DNA of 64,000 nucleotides from Clostridia bacterium (GTDB lineage Bacteria; Bacillota; Peptococcia; DRI-13; SM3-B62). The position numbers and the translations under genes are program-made. The stretch is from NCBI GenBank assembly GCA_018432615.1, contig JAHDSQ010000006.1, positions 18,432-82,431 on the forward strand, in the 5' to 3' direction. The first letter of the stretch is position 1; every line of letters begins with the position of its first letter. A model generated the notes under the pieces. That model saw only the letters and a list, made by a program, of their open reading frames with translations, searched no databases and was not told the DNA's origin. Below are positions 19,288 to 27,182 of this stretch, piece by piece.

Positions 19288-20103
19288 ATGAAAAAACTAA
19301 ACAGTTCAGTTGTAGTGTTGTTGGTCTTGTTACTTCTTTTTGTAGTTCCATTTGCCGCGGTTGCAACCGCAGACGAAAGTACTGATGATGCCCAAGCAGA
19401 AAATATTAGCTCAGATGGTGAAGACGGTGATGAAATCAAGCCGTGGGAACAGACAAAGGATATTCTCGAACAGGAAAAAGATGCTATTGAAGAGTTAAAA
19501 GATCAGACTGAAGATCAGATAAAAATGTTGGAAAAACAATTAAAAGCGGTCGAGAAAAAAGAAGATAGCGAACTTGGAGAAGGCCTAAAGGCTCAAATAG
19601 AAGAGCTTAAATTAGAAAGAAATGCTTACAAAGAACAAATGAAACAAAAAATAAAGTCTATGCATGAAGTTATGAAGCAAAAATATACCCAAGAGGAACT
19701 GAATGAATTAGATTTGCTTTCCCAAGAGCTCGAGACATTAGAGGGGATCAAAGCTATTCCAGTGACCAACGTTCTTGTTAAAAACAGGGATATTAAATTT
19801 GATACCCCTCCGGTGATAAAGGAGGGGCGCATATTAATCCCGGTGCGGGCACTTTCAAAAGCCCTCGGAGCTTCAATTCAATGGAATGCTGAGGAAAAAA
19901 CCATAACTTTGATAAAAGATGATAAAGAAATAGTTTTAAAAATTGATGACAACAAAATTCTGGTGAACGATGTTGAGATGGCAATAGATGTACCTGCTCA
20001 ATTAATCAATAACAGGACGGTTGTCCCTTTAAGATTTATCGTTGAGAATTTGGAATTACAGGCAGATTGGGATGCTGAAACAGAAACCGTTGAAATAGAA
20101 TGA
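19288..20103 (+). CDS. Secreted coiled-coil protein with C-terminal copper-amine-oxidase N-terminal-like (stalk) domain
   Basis: Signal peptide MKKLNSSVVVLLVLLLLFVVPFAAVATA. An E/K-rich heptad-like middle follows. The C-terminus reads IPVRALSKALGASIQWNAEEKTITL ... NNRTVVPLRFIVENLELQADWD. An AGGAGG SD is present. Confidence 0.8.
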   Translation: MKKLNSSVVVLLVLLLLFVVPFAAVATADESTDDAQAENISSDGEDGDEIKPWEQTKDILEQEKDAIEELKDQTEDQIKMLEKQLKAVEKKEDSELGEGLKAQIEELKLERNAYKEQMKQKIKSMHEVMKQKYTQEELNELDLLSQELETLEGIKAIPVTNVLVKNRDIKFDTPPVIKEGRILIPVRALSKALGASIQWNAEEKTITLIKDDKEIVLKIDDNKILVNDVEMAIDVPAQLINNRTVVPLRFIVENLELQADWDAETETVEIE

Positions 20104-20120
20104 AAAGGACTAGGTGATTA

Positions 20121-20149
20121 AGGGTTAGGTGATTACCTAGCCCTTTTTA
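20121..20149. terminator. Bidirectional terminator between convergent genes
   Basis: The stem is AGGGTTAGGT / ACCTAGCCCT with loop GATT, followed by T5 on the + strand. It overlaps the stop codon of the minus-strand TSUP gene. Confidence 0.6.
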
Positions 20150-20514
20150 TTTTGATCATTTTTCCCTTTAGTCCCACTGCATAATTCATAAATCCCCATA
20201 GCTATCAAAAAGAAACCGAAAATTTTTTTAAGGCTGGCTGCATCGAAGGTGTTGGCCAGTGAGGCACCAAATATTGCCGCAGACAGGGTTCCGATGATCA
20301 GATAAAGGACAAGACGCAGATTGACGTTCCCTTGCCGGTAGTGCGTAATGATGGCCACGGCAGCTGTTGGGATAAAAGCCGCCAAACACGTTCCCTGGGC
20401 GGTATGCTGCTCAATACCCAATAAAAATACTAAGGCCGGGACCAAAAACGTTCCTCCCCCGATGGCCATACCGCTGAGGATACCGGCCAAAAGGCCAATC
20501 AAATAAATGAGCAC
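20137..20514 (-). CDS. Half-size (4-TM) TSUP/TauE-SafE family membrane protein, downstream copy
   Basis: 125 aa. It contains AIGGGTFLVPALVFLLGIEQHTAQGT. The GTG start shares one nucleotide with the upstream gene's stop (TAGTG). Confidence 0.8.
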   Translation of the reverse strand: MLIYLIGLLAGILSGMAIGGGTFLVPALVFLLGIEQHTAQGTCLAAFIPTAAVAIITHYRQGNVNLRLVLYLIIGTLSAAIFGASLANTFDAASLKKIFGFFLIAMGIYELCSGTKGKNDQNKKG

Positions 20515-20879
20515 TAGAGAACCATCCCTATTCCGGCAATAATCATGAAGGCACCGAAAAGCTGTTTTAAGCGGAGGGCCGGAATTTTTTCCATCAAAAC
20601 AGCCCCTAAGTACCCTCCGAATATACCGGTCGTTGCGATTTTAACGGCCAGCAAGAGGTCGAGGTTACTGTTGCTGTGGTATATGTAACTGCTGGCAATA
20701 GCCGTAGGCAGTATCACAGCCAGGGAAGTTCCGTGAGCGGTATGTTGTTTTTCACCCAGCAAAAGAACAATCGCCGGAACGAGGATCGTACCTCCTCCAA
20801 TACCGATAAGACCGTTAATAAAGCCTGTAAAGGCACCAATTAAAAGTAAACGTGGAATTTTATACGGTGTTTGTTCCAT
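20514..20879 (-). CDS. Half-size (4-TM) TSUP/TauE-SafE family membrane protein, upstream copy
   Basis: 121 aa. GIGGGTILVPAIVLLLGEKQHTAHGT is clearly paralogous to the adjacent gene. Confidence 0.8.
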   Translation of the reverse strand: MEQTPYKIPRLLLIGAFTGFINGLIGIGGGTILVPAIVLLLGEKQHTAHGTSLAVILPTAIASSYIYHSNSNLDLLLAVKIATTGIFGGYLGAVLMEKIPALRLKQLFGAFMIIAGIGMVL

Positions 20880-20928
20880 TTATTATTAACCCCTATTATG
20901 TTTTAATCTGCAGTAAGTTTCCTTTACA

Positions 20929-21471
20929 TTATTTGCAGGAAGGGGTATTTTTACACTTTCGCAAACGATCTATTGCCTCTTTCCAGTTTTCATATTTAGT
21001 TGCGAAGGTTTTTGCACATGCGCCGCTGGTTGACCATACCGTCTCATGCGGTATTTCTTTAAAAAAAGAGGGATAGGCTTTCTTAAACCCTTTTTTCGCC
21101 TTCCCGCCATTAAAGATGATGCCTTTGATATTAGGATAAGTGGCAAAGAAGGAAGTAAAATCATTGGTGATTTCATTTTTTATCGCCGCATCAGCAGCTC
21201 CTTCCCGCGAGGCAGAATGAAACACGTCCCATAAGCCGATTTTCTTTTTCAGTAAGAAGGCGCACTTTTCACAGTAATCAGATGGCGGTGTTGCTCCATA
21301 TAAGGCAAAGACGATTTTCCAGAAGCTGTTACCGGTATATTTATAGTATTCACCGCTTGCTAACGATTCAGGGCCCGGCAATGAACCCAGGATCAGGATA
21401 TCTGCCTGCTTGTCGATAATTGGCTCGAAACATAAATGCACCTGAGTTTGACCGTCCGACATAAACTTCAC
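20929..21471 (-). CDS. UDG-superfamily DNA glycosylase (deoxyinosine/hypoxanthine-DNA glycosylase-like, family 6 type)
   Basis: 180 aa. ADILILGSLPGPESLASGEYYKYTGNSFWKIV resembles the family-6 motif (GSxPSxxS....YYxxxxNxFW). Confidence 0.7.
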   Translation of the reverse strand: MKFMSDGQTQVHLCFEPIIDKQADILILGSLPGPESLASGEYYKYTGNSFWKIVFALYGATPPSDYCEKCAFLLKKKIGLWDVFHSASREGAADAAIKNEITNDFTSFFATYPNIKGIIFNGGKAKKGFKKAYPSFFKEIPHETVWSTSGACAKTFATKYENWKEAIDRLRKCKNTPSCK

Positions 21472-21510
21472 CTACCGTATATTGTAGTTTGTGGTATTTC
21501 TTTATCCATT

Positions 21511-22245
21511 TTAGCATGCCAATTGGAAAAGAAGAAATAAAAGAAATCCTATCAGAAGGCCAAATCCGGCGTTTAGTGGGTAGTGTCGTCGAGCTTCGGG
21601 CAGTAGCTCATTTTTAACGATAAAGGTCATTGCTCCGCCGGCAAGAGCTAAGAGTAAAGATATTAAATGGCGGGAGACCGAAACCATCAATAAGCCCAGC
21701 CAGGTGCCTAATGGAGTAAATATGCTGGTCAACAGACAGATGAGAACAATTCTTGCTTTTGGCATACCGCCTTTAGCCAGGGGTGCTGCTGTGGCTACTC
21801 CCTCCGGTATATTATGGGTACCTAAGGCAAGAACAAGCAGAAGACCGAGATTTTCCTGAGCCGCATAGCCTGCAGCGATAGCCATGCCCTCCGGTAGATT
21901 GTGAAGGGCAATACCTGTTGCAATTAAATAACCCATTTTAAGAAACTTTCCGCTTCCCGCTAAACTGTTAACCGAACGGGAATTTGTGAAACCAGAGATA
22001 ACGGCGTTTAATAAACGCATAAGAATAAGCCCTAAGAGGAACCCTGCTGCTGTGGAAAAAACATTGCCAAAGTCTAAGGCAGAGGGAATAAGGTCGAAGA
22101 TTATTACCGCTGTCATGACACCACCGGCAAATCCGAAAAGAATGGACAAGGTTTTTTCACCGGGGTGTCCGTAAGAAATCACAATAAGTGCGCCTAAGAC
22201 TGTTGCCAGTCCGGCCAGAGTGCTTTGCAGGATTATTTCGTACAC
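21511..22245 (-). CDS. ZIP-family divalent metal (zinc) transporter, ZupT-like
   Basis: 244 aa with 7-8 TM segments. It has the paired metal-binding motifs HNLPEGMAIA and HNIPEGVA. Confidence 0.85.
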   Translation of the reverse strand: MYEIILQSTLAGLATVLGALIVISYGHPGEKTLSILFGFAGGVMTAVIIFDLIPSALDFGNVFSTAAGFLLGLILMRLLNAVISGFTNSRSVNSLAGSGKFLKMGYLIATGIALHNLPEGMAIAAGYAAQENLGLLLVLALGTHNIPEGVATAAPLAKGGMPKARIVLICLLTSIFTPLGTWLGLLMVSVSRHLISLLLALAGGAMTFIVKNELLPEARRHYPLNAGFGLLIGFLLFLLFQLAC

Positions 22246-22406
22246 TGTGTTTTGCTCCTTTATATGTGTCTTTGTTAATAGAGATAGTGTAAAAACAAGT
22301 TAAATATGATGGAAAATAAAGGGTGACCGTGACAAGTATACAGTATATATTAAGCTAATACCTTGCAAGATATAAGTGGGGACTATATAATAAACGAAAG
22401 ACCCCG

Positions 22407-22469
22407 TTGTATAACAAAAGCAAGTAAAATAGGTTGTTATACAATAATACAGTATACAGGAATACTGTA
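22407..22469. promoter_or_regulatory. Two nested inverted-repeat pairs in the divergent ZIP / small-ORF control region
   Basis: TTGTATAACAA (22407-22417) and its exact reverse complement TTGTTATACAA (22434-22444) form one pair. TACAGTAT (22448-22455) and ATACTGTA (22462-22469) form the other. A third GTATACAGTATA copy lies at 22336-22347. Confidence 0.5.
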
Positions 22470-22487
22470 TACAAAGGAGGCCTGGAT

Positions 22488-22601
22488 ATGAGCGAAAAAA
22501 TACTGCGGGAAATTGAAGAAGAATTAGGAAGACGTTTGGAAGCGGAGGAAAATAGTGAAGATATCAAAAGGAACTATCCCTGTAGTTGTTGGGGTGAGTA
22601 A
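22488..22601 (+). CDS. Small protein, 37 aa, acidic helical N-terminus and C-terminal PCSCWGE (below the ORF-track cutoff)
   Basis: An AAGGAGG SD at 22474-22480 lies 7 nt before the ATG. The translation is MSEKILREIEEELGRRLEAEENSEDIKRNYPCSCWGE. A very strong terminator starts 1 nt after the stop. Confidence 0.6.
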   Translation: MSEKILREIEEELGRRLEAEENSEDIKRNYPCSCWGE

Positions 22602-22640
22602 ATGACAAAGCCACCGAAAAAGGTGGCTTTGTCATTTTTG
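22602..22640 (+). terminator. Strong rho-independent terminator
   Basis: A perfect 14-bp stem (ATGACAAAGCCACC / GGTGGCTTTGTCAT) with a GAAAAA loop is followed by T5. Confidence 0.9.
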
Positions 22641-22651
22641 TAGCAGAACAA

Positions 22652-22680
22652 TTGACTTATCCTTTTTCAATACATATAAT
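22652..22680 (+). promoter_or_regulatory. Sigma-A-like promoter for tRNA-Pro (TTGACT-17 nt-TATAAT)
   Basis: TTGACT at 22652-22657 and TATAAT at 22675-22680. The tRNA starts 48 nt downstream. Confidence 0.6.
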
Positions 22681-22727
22681 AGTATAGTGACGCCGATTTG
22701 AGTACAATAGTGCTCGAGGTGTTATTT

Positions 22728-22804
22728 CGGGATGTAGCGCAGTTTGGTAGCGCGCCTGGTTCGGGACTAGGAGGCCGCAGGTTCGAATCCTGTCATCCCG
22801 ACCA
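22728..22804 (+). tRNA. tRNA-Pro (anticodon CGG), CCA encoded
   Basis: A manual cloverleaf fold gives the following. Acceptor CGGGATG/CATCCCG. D arm GCGC-AGTTTGGTA-GCGC. Anticodon arm CCTGG-TTCGGGA-CTAGG. T arm GCAGG-TTCGAAT-CCTGT. Discriminator A plus CCA. Total 77 nt. Confidence 0.93.
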
Positions 22805-22908
22805 TAAGAACAGTACGGCTCGGTATTTTGCCGGGTCTTTTCTTTTTGTCGTTTTGAACCCAATGGTGTATACTAAGATTAGGTAGGAGAGAAAAAGGAG
22901 TGGTGCTC

Positions 22909-23460
22909 ATGGAGAAACGGCTGGAGCGCGACCAGAGGCATTTAGAACTGTTCGAGGAGATAACCAATACTATCCGGGGGTTCATGGAGAAATATAAGCA
23001 GCCGGATGAAGAAAATCATCCCCAGATGGTACGTTTACAGAATCTTATTGAAAGATTGACGACCGAAAGGAGACTGATTGAAGAAATTAGTCTGCCTTGT
23101 CGGCTGATACTTGAACATTTTTCTACTTTTATGGGGAAACACGACCATGCTATCAGTTTCCGGGTGGGGTTGCTGGAAACCGGCAGGGGCATCCTGAATG
23201 ATTTTTCCATTGACGAATGGGGAAACATTTATCTGGTGATAGGTAATATCAGCCTAGGTTGGCGTGATGGAGACTATCAGTATCTTTTTTATCCCGATAA
23301 AGCAATTCTGCGTTCTTATGACAGGAGTAAGCCGGAGATACATTTGTTGTTTAATTTTGCTTTTAGATATTCTAAGCTATTATCGGAATTCCGGGGGGTT
23401 GTAGAGCATGAACAGACCCTCTATTGGCATCCTGACTTAAATGAGGATCTTGAGGGTTAG
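22909..23460 (+). CDS. Hypothetical cytoplasmic protein (183 aa), no recognisable family
   Basis: The ATG at 22909 lies 8 nt after an AAGGAG SD and is preferred to the track GTG at 22900. It is tightly linked to the next two genes (18-nt and 3-nt gaps). Confidence 0.55.
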   Translation: MEKRLERDQRHLELFEEITNTIRGFMEKYKQPDEENHPQMVRLQNLIERLTTERRLIEEISLPCRLILEHFSTFMGKHDHAISFRVGLLETGRGILNDFSIDEWGNIYLVIGNISLGWRDGDYQYLFYPDKAILRSYDRSKPEIHLLFNFAFRYSKLLSEFRGVVEHEQTLYWHPDLNEDLEG

Positions 23461-23478
23461 TATGATAAGGGGATAAGC

Positions 23479-24612
23479 ATGTTCTATTTTGTTTTCGGCA
23501 TGATGATTATTATTTTACTGCCTAGTTATTACTACGTGGGTCTTCGTTTCTTGCAAACCTTGAGTTATTATTTGCCTTCGCTCAATGTATACTGTTATTG
23601 GATTGTTTTTGTTGTCTTGTCTAATTCTTTTGTATTTGCGCGAGTTTTTGGGAGAGTGCTGCCTGCGGTTACAAATACTATCCTGAATGCTTTCGGATAT
23701 TTATGGATGGCAGCCATGCTATATTTATTTTGTGTGTTTTTTGCCATTGATATATCCAGTTATTTAATTAAGTTAACAAAATTCAGCGTTAGTATTGATA
23801 TGATTCATGGAGTCAGGCTGATAGCGGTATTTGTGGTAATTATGCTGTTTGCTTATGGGACTTGGAATGCCCGTACCCCTCGTGTGAGTCGTTATGATAT
23901 TGATATTCCTAAGACCGCGGGTGAGTTTAAACAATTAAAAATTGTCATGATCAGTGACCTTCACTTGGGAAAGATTATTGGGAATACACGTTTGAGGGAT
24001 ACGATCAAAAAAGTAAACGCACTGGAGCCGGATCTGGTATTGATGCCGGGGGATATTATTCAAGATTTCAAGTGTTTTTTGGATAATGATATGGCTTCAG
24101 AGTTACAAACCCTGACACCCCCTATGGGTGTATTTGCCTCTTTGGGCAACCATGAATTCTACGGAGCCATGACCGAGGATGCCGTAAGCCTGTTGGAACT
24201 GGGGAATCTGAAAGTTTTACAGGATAGCTATGTCAAAGTAGCAGACAGTTTTTACATTGTGGGGAAAAATGACCCGGCGGCAAAGCGAAGAAGTGATGCG
24301 CGCCATCTTGATATTGACGAGATTATGGAGGGTATTGACAGAAGCTTACCGGTTATTCTCTTAAGCCACCAACCTACCGATTTGGAAGCGGCTCAAAAGG
24401 CAGGAGTTGATTTGCAGCTTTCGGGGCATACGCACGGTGGACAGTTATTCCCGGCCAATCTTCTTACCGGTCTTCTTTTTGAAGAGGATTGGGGATATTT
24501 GAGAAAAGATAGTCTGCAGTTGATTGTAACCTGCGGTCTCGGAAATTGGGGGCCTGATATGCGCATAGGCAGCAAATCGGAAATTGTAGAGATACTGATT
24601 AACTTCAGATAA
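23479..24612 (+). CDS. Membrane-anchored calcineurin-like metallophosphoesterase (YkuE/YkoQ-like)
   Basis: The N-terminal ~130 aa carry 4 TM segments. The metallophosphoesterase motifs follow: ISDLHLG, GDII, GNHE, GHTHGGQ. Confidence 0.8.
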   Translation: MFYFVFGMMIIILLPSYYYVGLRFLQTLSYYLPSLNVYCYWIVFVVLSNSFVFARVFGRVLPAVTNTILNAFGYLWMAAMLYLFCVFFAIDISSYLIKLTKFSVSIDMIHGVRLIAVFVVIMLFAYGTWNARTPRVSRYDIDIPKTAGEFKQLKIVMISDLHLGKIIGNTRLRDTIKKVNALEPDLVLMPGDIIQDFKCFLDNDMASELQTLTPPMGVFASLGNHEFYGAMTEDAVSLLELGNLKVLQDSYVKVADSFYIVGKNDPAAKRRSDARHLDIDEIMEGIDRSLPVILLSHQPTDLEAAQKAGVDLQLSGHTHGGQLFPANLLTGLLFEEDWGYLRKDSLQLIVTCGLGNWGPDMRIGSKSEIVEILINFR

Positions 24613-24615
24613 GAG

Positions 24616-26055
24616 GTGATTGCTTTGAGAAGACTTCTAGCAGGTATTTTTCTTTTGACTCTTATCTTTTGTTTTTCTACTGAAGCCCTTGCTAATTCCG
24701 GTCCTGTTTTTTGGCAGGGTTACCCATCTTCGGAAATGATGGCGGTAGATAAGGATTCTCAGATTACGGTGGAAAATGAAGACCTTGTTTTTAATTTTTC
24801 CGATCAAAAGGATAGCTCTGATTATACGATTAGCGGAAAAGTCAGTGCGACCTATAGAATGCTTAATCCAACAAACAAACCGCAATCGGTCCAAATGGCC
24901 TTTCCCTATATTGAAGCACTTGACAGCCTGTCTGAGGCAGATATTTCAATAACTGACGGCGGTACCCTGCTACCTTATGATATCTATATTGGGGATGCGG
25001 TGCAAAGAGAGGAAGTTTTTGGACAAAATACTCAGGATCCAAGTCTTGCCTTTGCCGATATCATAGGCAGTCTTACTAATGATTTCTATGAGGCGAAAAG
25101 CTTTTCGGCCAATGAAAAGGGTAAACTCTATACGATTGAAGCAAGCCCGACTACAGAGCAGAGAATAAATCTGGCAGTTGATTTTAATCTTGACTTTGCA
25201 AGAACTAAAGTGATTACAAAGGGATTTAATCGCTATGAACGTCATGATAAAAAAACAAAAATTGCCGCTTGGTGCTATGAACCGGAGACTCTAGAAATAT
25301 TTGTTTTAGGTGAAGATCTTGACTTTACCGTAAAAGCTTATACCGACGGCGAACTCAAAGAGGAAACCGATGCCTATGCTTATCATATTTCCGAAAGAGA
25401 AGTAGAGGTAAAGGCTTATCTATCGGAGTATATTAAAAAGAATACCAGGGTAACAGACGATGCTCCAATTATTGATACTCAGCTGTATAATCTGTATGCA
25501 AGGTATCTTGACGAGCATTTTTCGCATAACATGGGATATATTCCCGGGGAGGATTTATTAACAGTAGAGAACAGCAAACGTGTCTTAGTTCTTTTATATA
25601 CTGTTGAGTTTCCTCCCGAAAGTGAAAAAGAGATAAGTGTCGGTTACATGACGACCGGGACGATGGATATGACCAAAACTGCCAAACCCCAATACACATT
25701 TGACTATATTTTGAACCCTGCCGATAACTGGGCGGATTTTCAAAACCTCAATATCGAAATCATAACCCCGGATACAGCTCCCTATATTATAGAAAGCAGT
25801 ATTGAACTGGATAAGGTAGGAGAAAATCTTTATTCCATAACCTTAAGCAATTTGCCCCAAAATGACCTTTTCTTTACTCTTTATGAGAAAGAAAAGATCT
25901 CGGTTTGGGATAAGGTTGCAGGGAAATTCCAGAACAGTTTTGGATACATTACTATTCTGCTGGCAATTGCGGCAGTATTACTGGTCGCTGCATTAATTGT
26001 GGCCACGATTGTTACGGTTGTATCCCGGTTGGCGAACAGGCACCACAGACCATAA
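24616..26055 (+). CDS. Exported protein of unknown function with signal peptide and C-terminal TM anchor (479 aa)
   Basis: The N-terminus is LLAGIFLLTLIFCFSTEALA. The C-terminus is ITILLAIAAVLLVAALIVATIVTVV followed by basic RLANRHHRP. No catalytic motif was recognised. Confidence 0.6.
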   Translation: MIALRRLLAGIFLLTLIFCFSTEALANSGPVFWQGYPSSEMMAVDKDSQITVENEDLVFNFSDQKDSSDYTISGKVSATYRMLNPTNKPQSVQMAFPYIEALDSLSEADISITDGGTLLPYDIYIGDAVQREEVFGQNTQDPSLAFADIIGSLTNDFYEAKSFSANEKGKLYTIEASPTTEQRINLAVDFNLDFARTKVITKGFNRYERHDKKTKIAAWCYEPETLEIFVLGEDLDFTVKAYTDGELKEETDAYAYHISEREVEVKAYLSEYIKKNTRVTDDAPIIDTQLYNLYARYLDEHFSHNMGYIPGEDLLTVENSKRVLVLLYTVEFPPESEKEISVGYMTTGTMDMTKTAKPQYTFDYILNPADNWADFQNLNIEIITPDTAPYIIESSIELDKVGENLYSITLSNLPQNDLFFTLYEKEKISVWDKVAGKFQNSFGYITILLAIAAVLLVAALIVATIVTVVSRLANRHHRP

Positions 26056-26061
26056 AGGACG

Positions 26062-26107
26062 AAAAAAGCCTTCGGATGGAGTGAAATTCATCTGAAGGCT
26101 TTTTTTA
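26062..26107. terminator. Terminator (A-run / 12-bp stem / T-run)
   Basis: AAAAA-AGCCTTCGGATG ... CATCTGAAGGCT-TTTTTT. Confidence 0.85.
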
Positions 26108-26188
26108 TACTTTAAGAAAGTATAAGGCAACATCGGAGTAACCTTTTTCGCTTATTTTAATAATTTAATAAGCGAAGGGAGGTCGTTG

Positions 26189-27175
26189 ATGATAATGCAT
26201 CAGGTATTGGATTGCATCGATGCCGGCACGGAATATTGCCCTTGTTTCCTGGCAGAAACCGGCGATTGCATCATGTGTTCGCAATTGCAGGGGAGGGAGT
26301 TTTGCGATTGTCAAAACTGGAAAGGTGTCTGTATTTACCAGGAATATATTTGGAATGGGTCAAGAATAAAGGAACAAAGAAAAGATCATTTATGCAGGAT
26401 AATATCCAGACGGCAAATCACTGAGGGCGTGGTGCTTTGCAGGATAAAAGTTAGTACGACCTTGGCCAGGGAATTGAACCAGCCCGGGGCATATGTTTTT
26501 TTAAGAAACGTGAATGAACCGGGTTATTTTGATACTCCCATGTCTGTGATGGCTGCTGATGGTAGAGAAGGCACAATCGATATTGTGATACACACAAAAG
26601 GGGCGAAAACAAAAGCATTGAGTTCTGATAGCGGAGAGTTCTATTTACGAGGCCCTTATTGGAACGGAATATTGGGTCTTAAATATATTAAAGGATTGCG
26701 GAATAGTAGGGTGTTGTTAATTGCCAGGGGTGTAGGACAAAGCCCCGTTGTTAATGTGGCCAGAAAGCTGCTTGCAGCCGGGAATGAAGCGACAATAATT
26801 CTTGACAAGGGAAGATTAGGAATCAATATTGCGGAGGAGTATTTACGGGAGATGTCCTGCGAGATTGCAAACAAGCAGGTGCTGGATTTGAATAGTCTGG
26901 AAATACCAAAGGATACGGTGGAATATATCCAAAAGGTTGCTGCAAAAAGGCAAATCCGCTTGATTTACAGTGGGGGTACAGAAAAGCTTCATGAGGGTAT
27001 CGTTAAAATAATAGATTCTTTAGAAGGGAACATAATGTTTGCTTGCTCAAATAATGCCAAGTTCTGTTGCGGAGAAGGAATATGCGGCAGCTGCCAAGTT
27101 CGACTGCAAGACGGCAGTAGAATAAGAACCTGTAAAACACAGATAAATCCACGGGAGATATTCAGAGGGAGGTAG
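26189..27175 (+). CDS. FNR/PyrK-like FAD/NAD(P)-binding oxidoreductase with N-terminal Cys-rich segment and C-terminal [2Fe-2S]-type motif
   Basis: The N-terminus is CIDAGTEYCPCFLAETGDCIMCSQLQGREFCDCQNWKGVC (9 Cys in 41 aa). The C-terminus is CCGEGICGSCQV....C as in PyrK/AsrB-like electron-transfer subunits. The ATG at 26189 follows a GGGAGG SD. Confidence 0.7.
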   Translation: MIMHQVLDCIDAGTEYCPCFLAETGDCIMCSQLQGREFCDCQNWKGVCIYQEYIWNGSRIKEQRKDHLCRIISRRQITEGVVLCRIKVSTTLARELNQPGAYVFLRNVNEPGYFDTPMSVMAADGREGTIDIVIHTKGAKTKALSSDSGEFYLRGPYWNGILGLKYIKGLRNSRVLLIARGVGQSPVVNVARKLLAAGNEATIILDKGRLGINIAEEYLREMSCEIANKQVLDLNSLEIPKDTVEYIQKVAAKRQIRLIYSGGTEKLHEGIVKIIDSLEGNIMFACSNNAKFCCGEGICGSCQVRLQDGSRIRTCKTQINPREIFRGR

Positions 27176-27182
27176 TTTTGTC

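Noticed and set aside
22355-22567. 70-aa minus-strand ORF rich in L/Y/S
   Set aside because: The low-complexity translation is produced by the palindrome array. It is antisense to the well-signalled small + strand ORF and its SD.
22805-22850. Possible terminator after tRNA-Pro (CGGC...GCCG followed by T-rich tract)
   Set aside because: Only a 4-bp stem can be drawn with confidence, which is too weak to call.
22657-22985. ORFs 22657..22863(-), 22698..22886(+) and 22767..22985(-)
   Set aside because: They overlap the tRNA-Pro gene and its promoter, so they are spurious.
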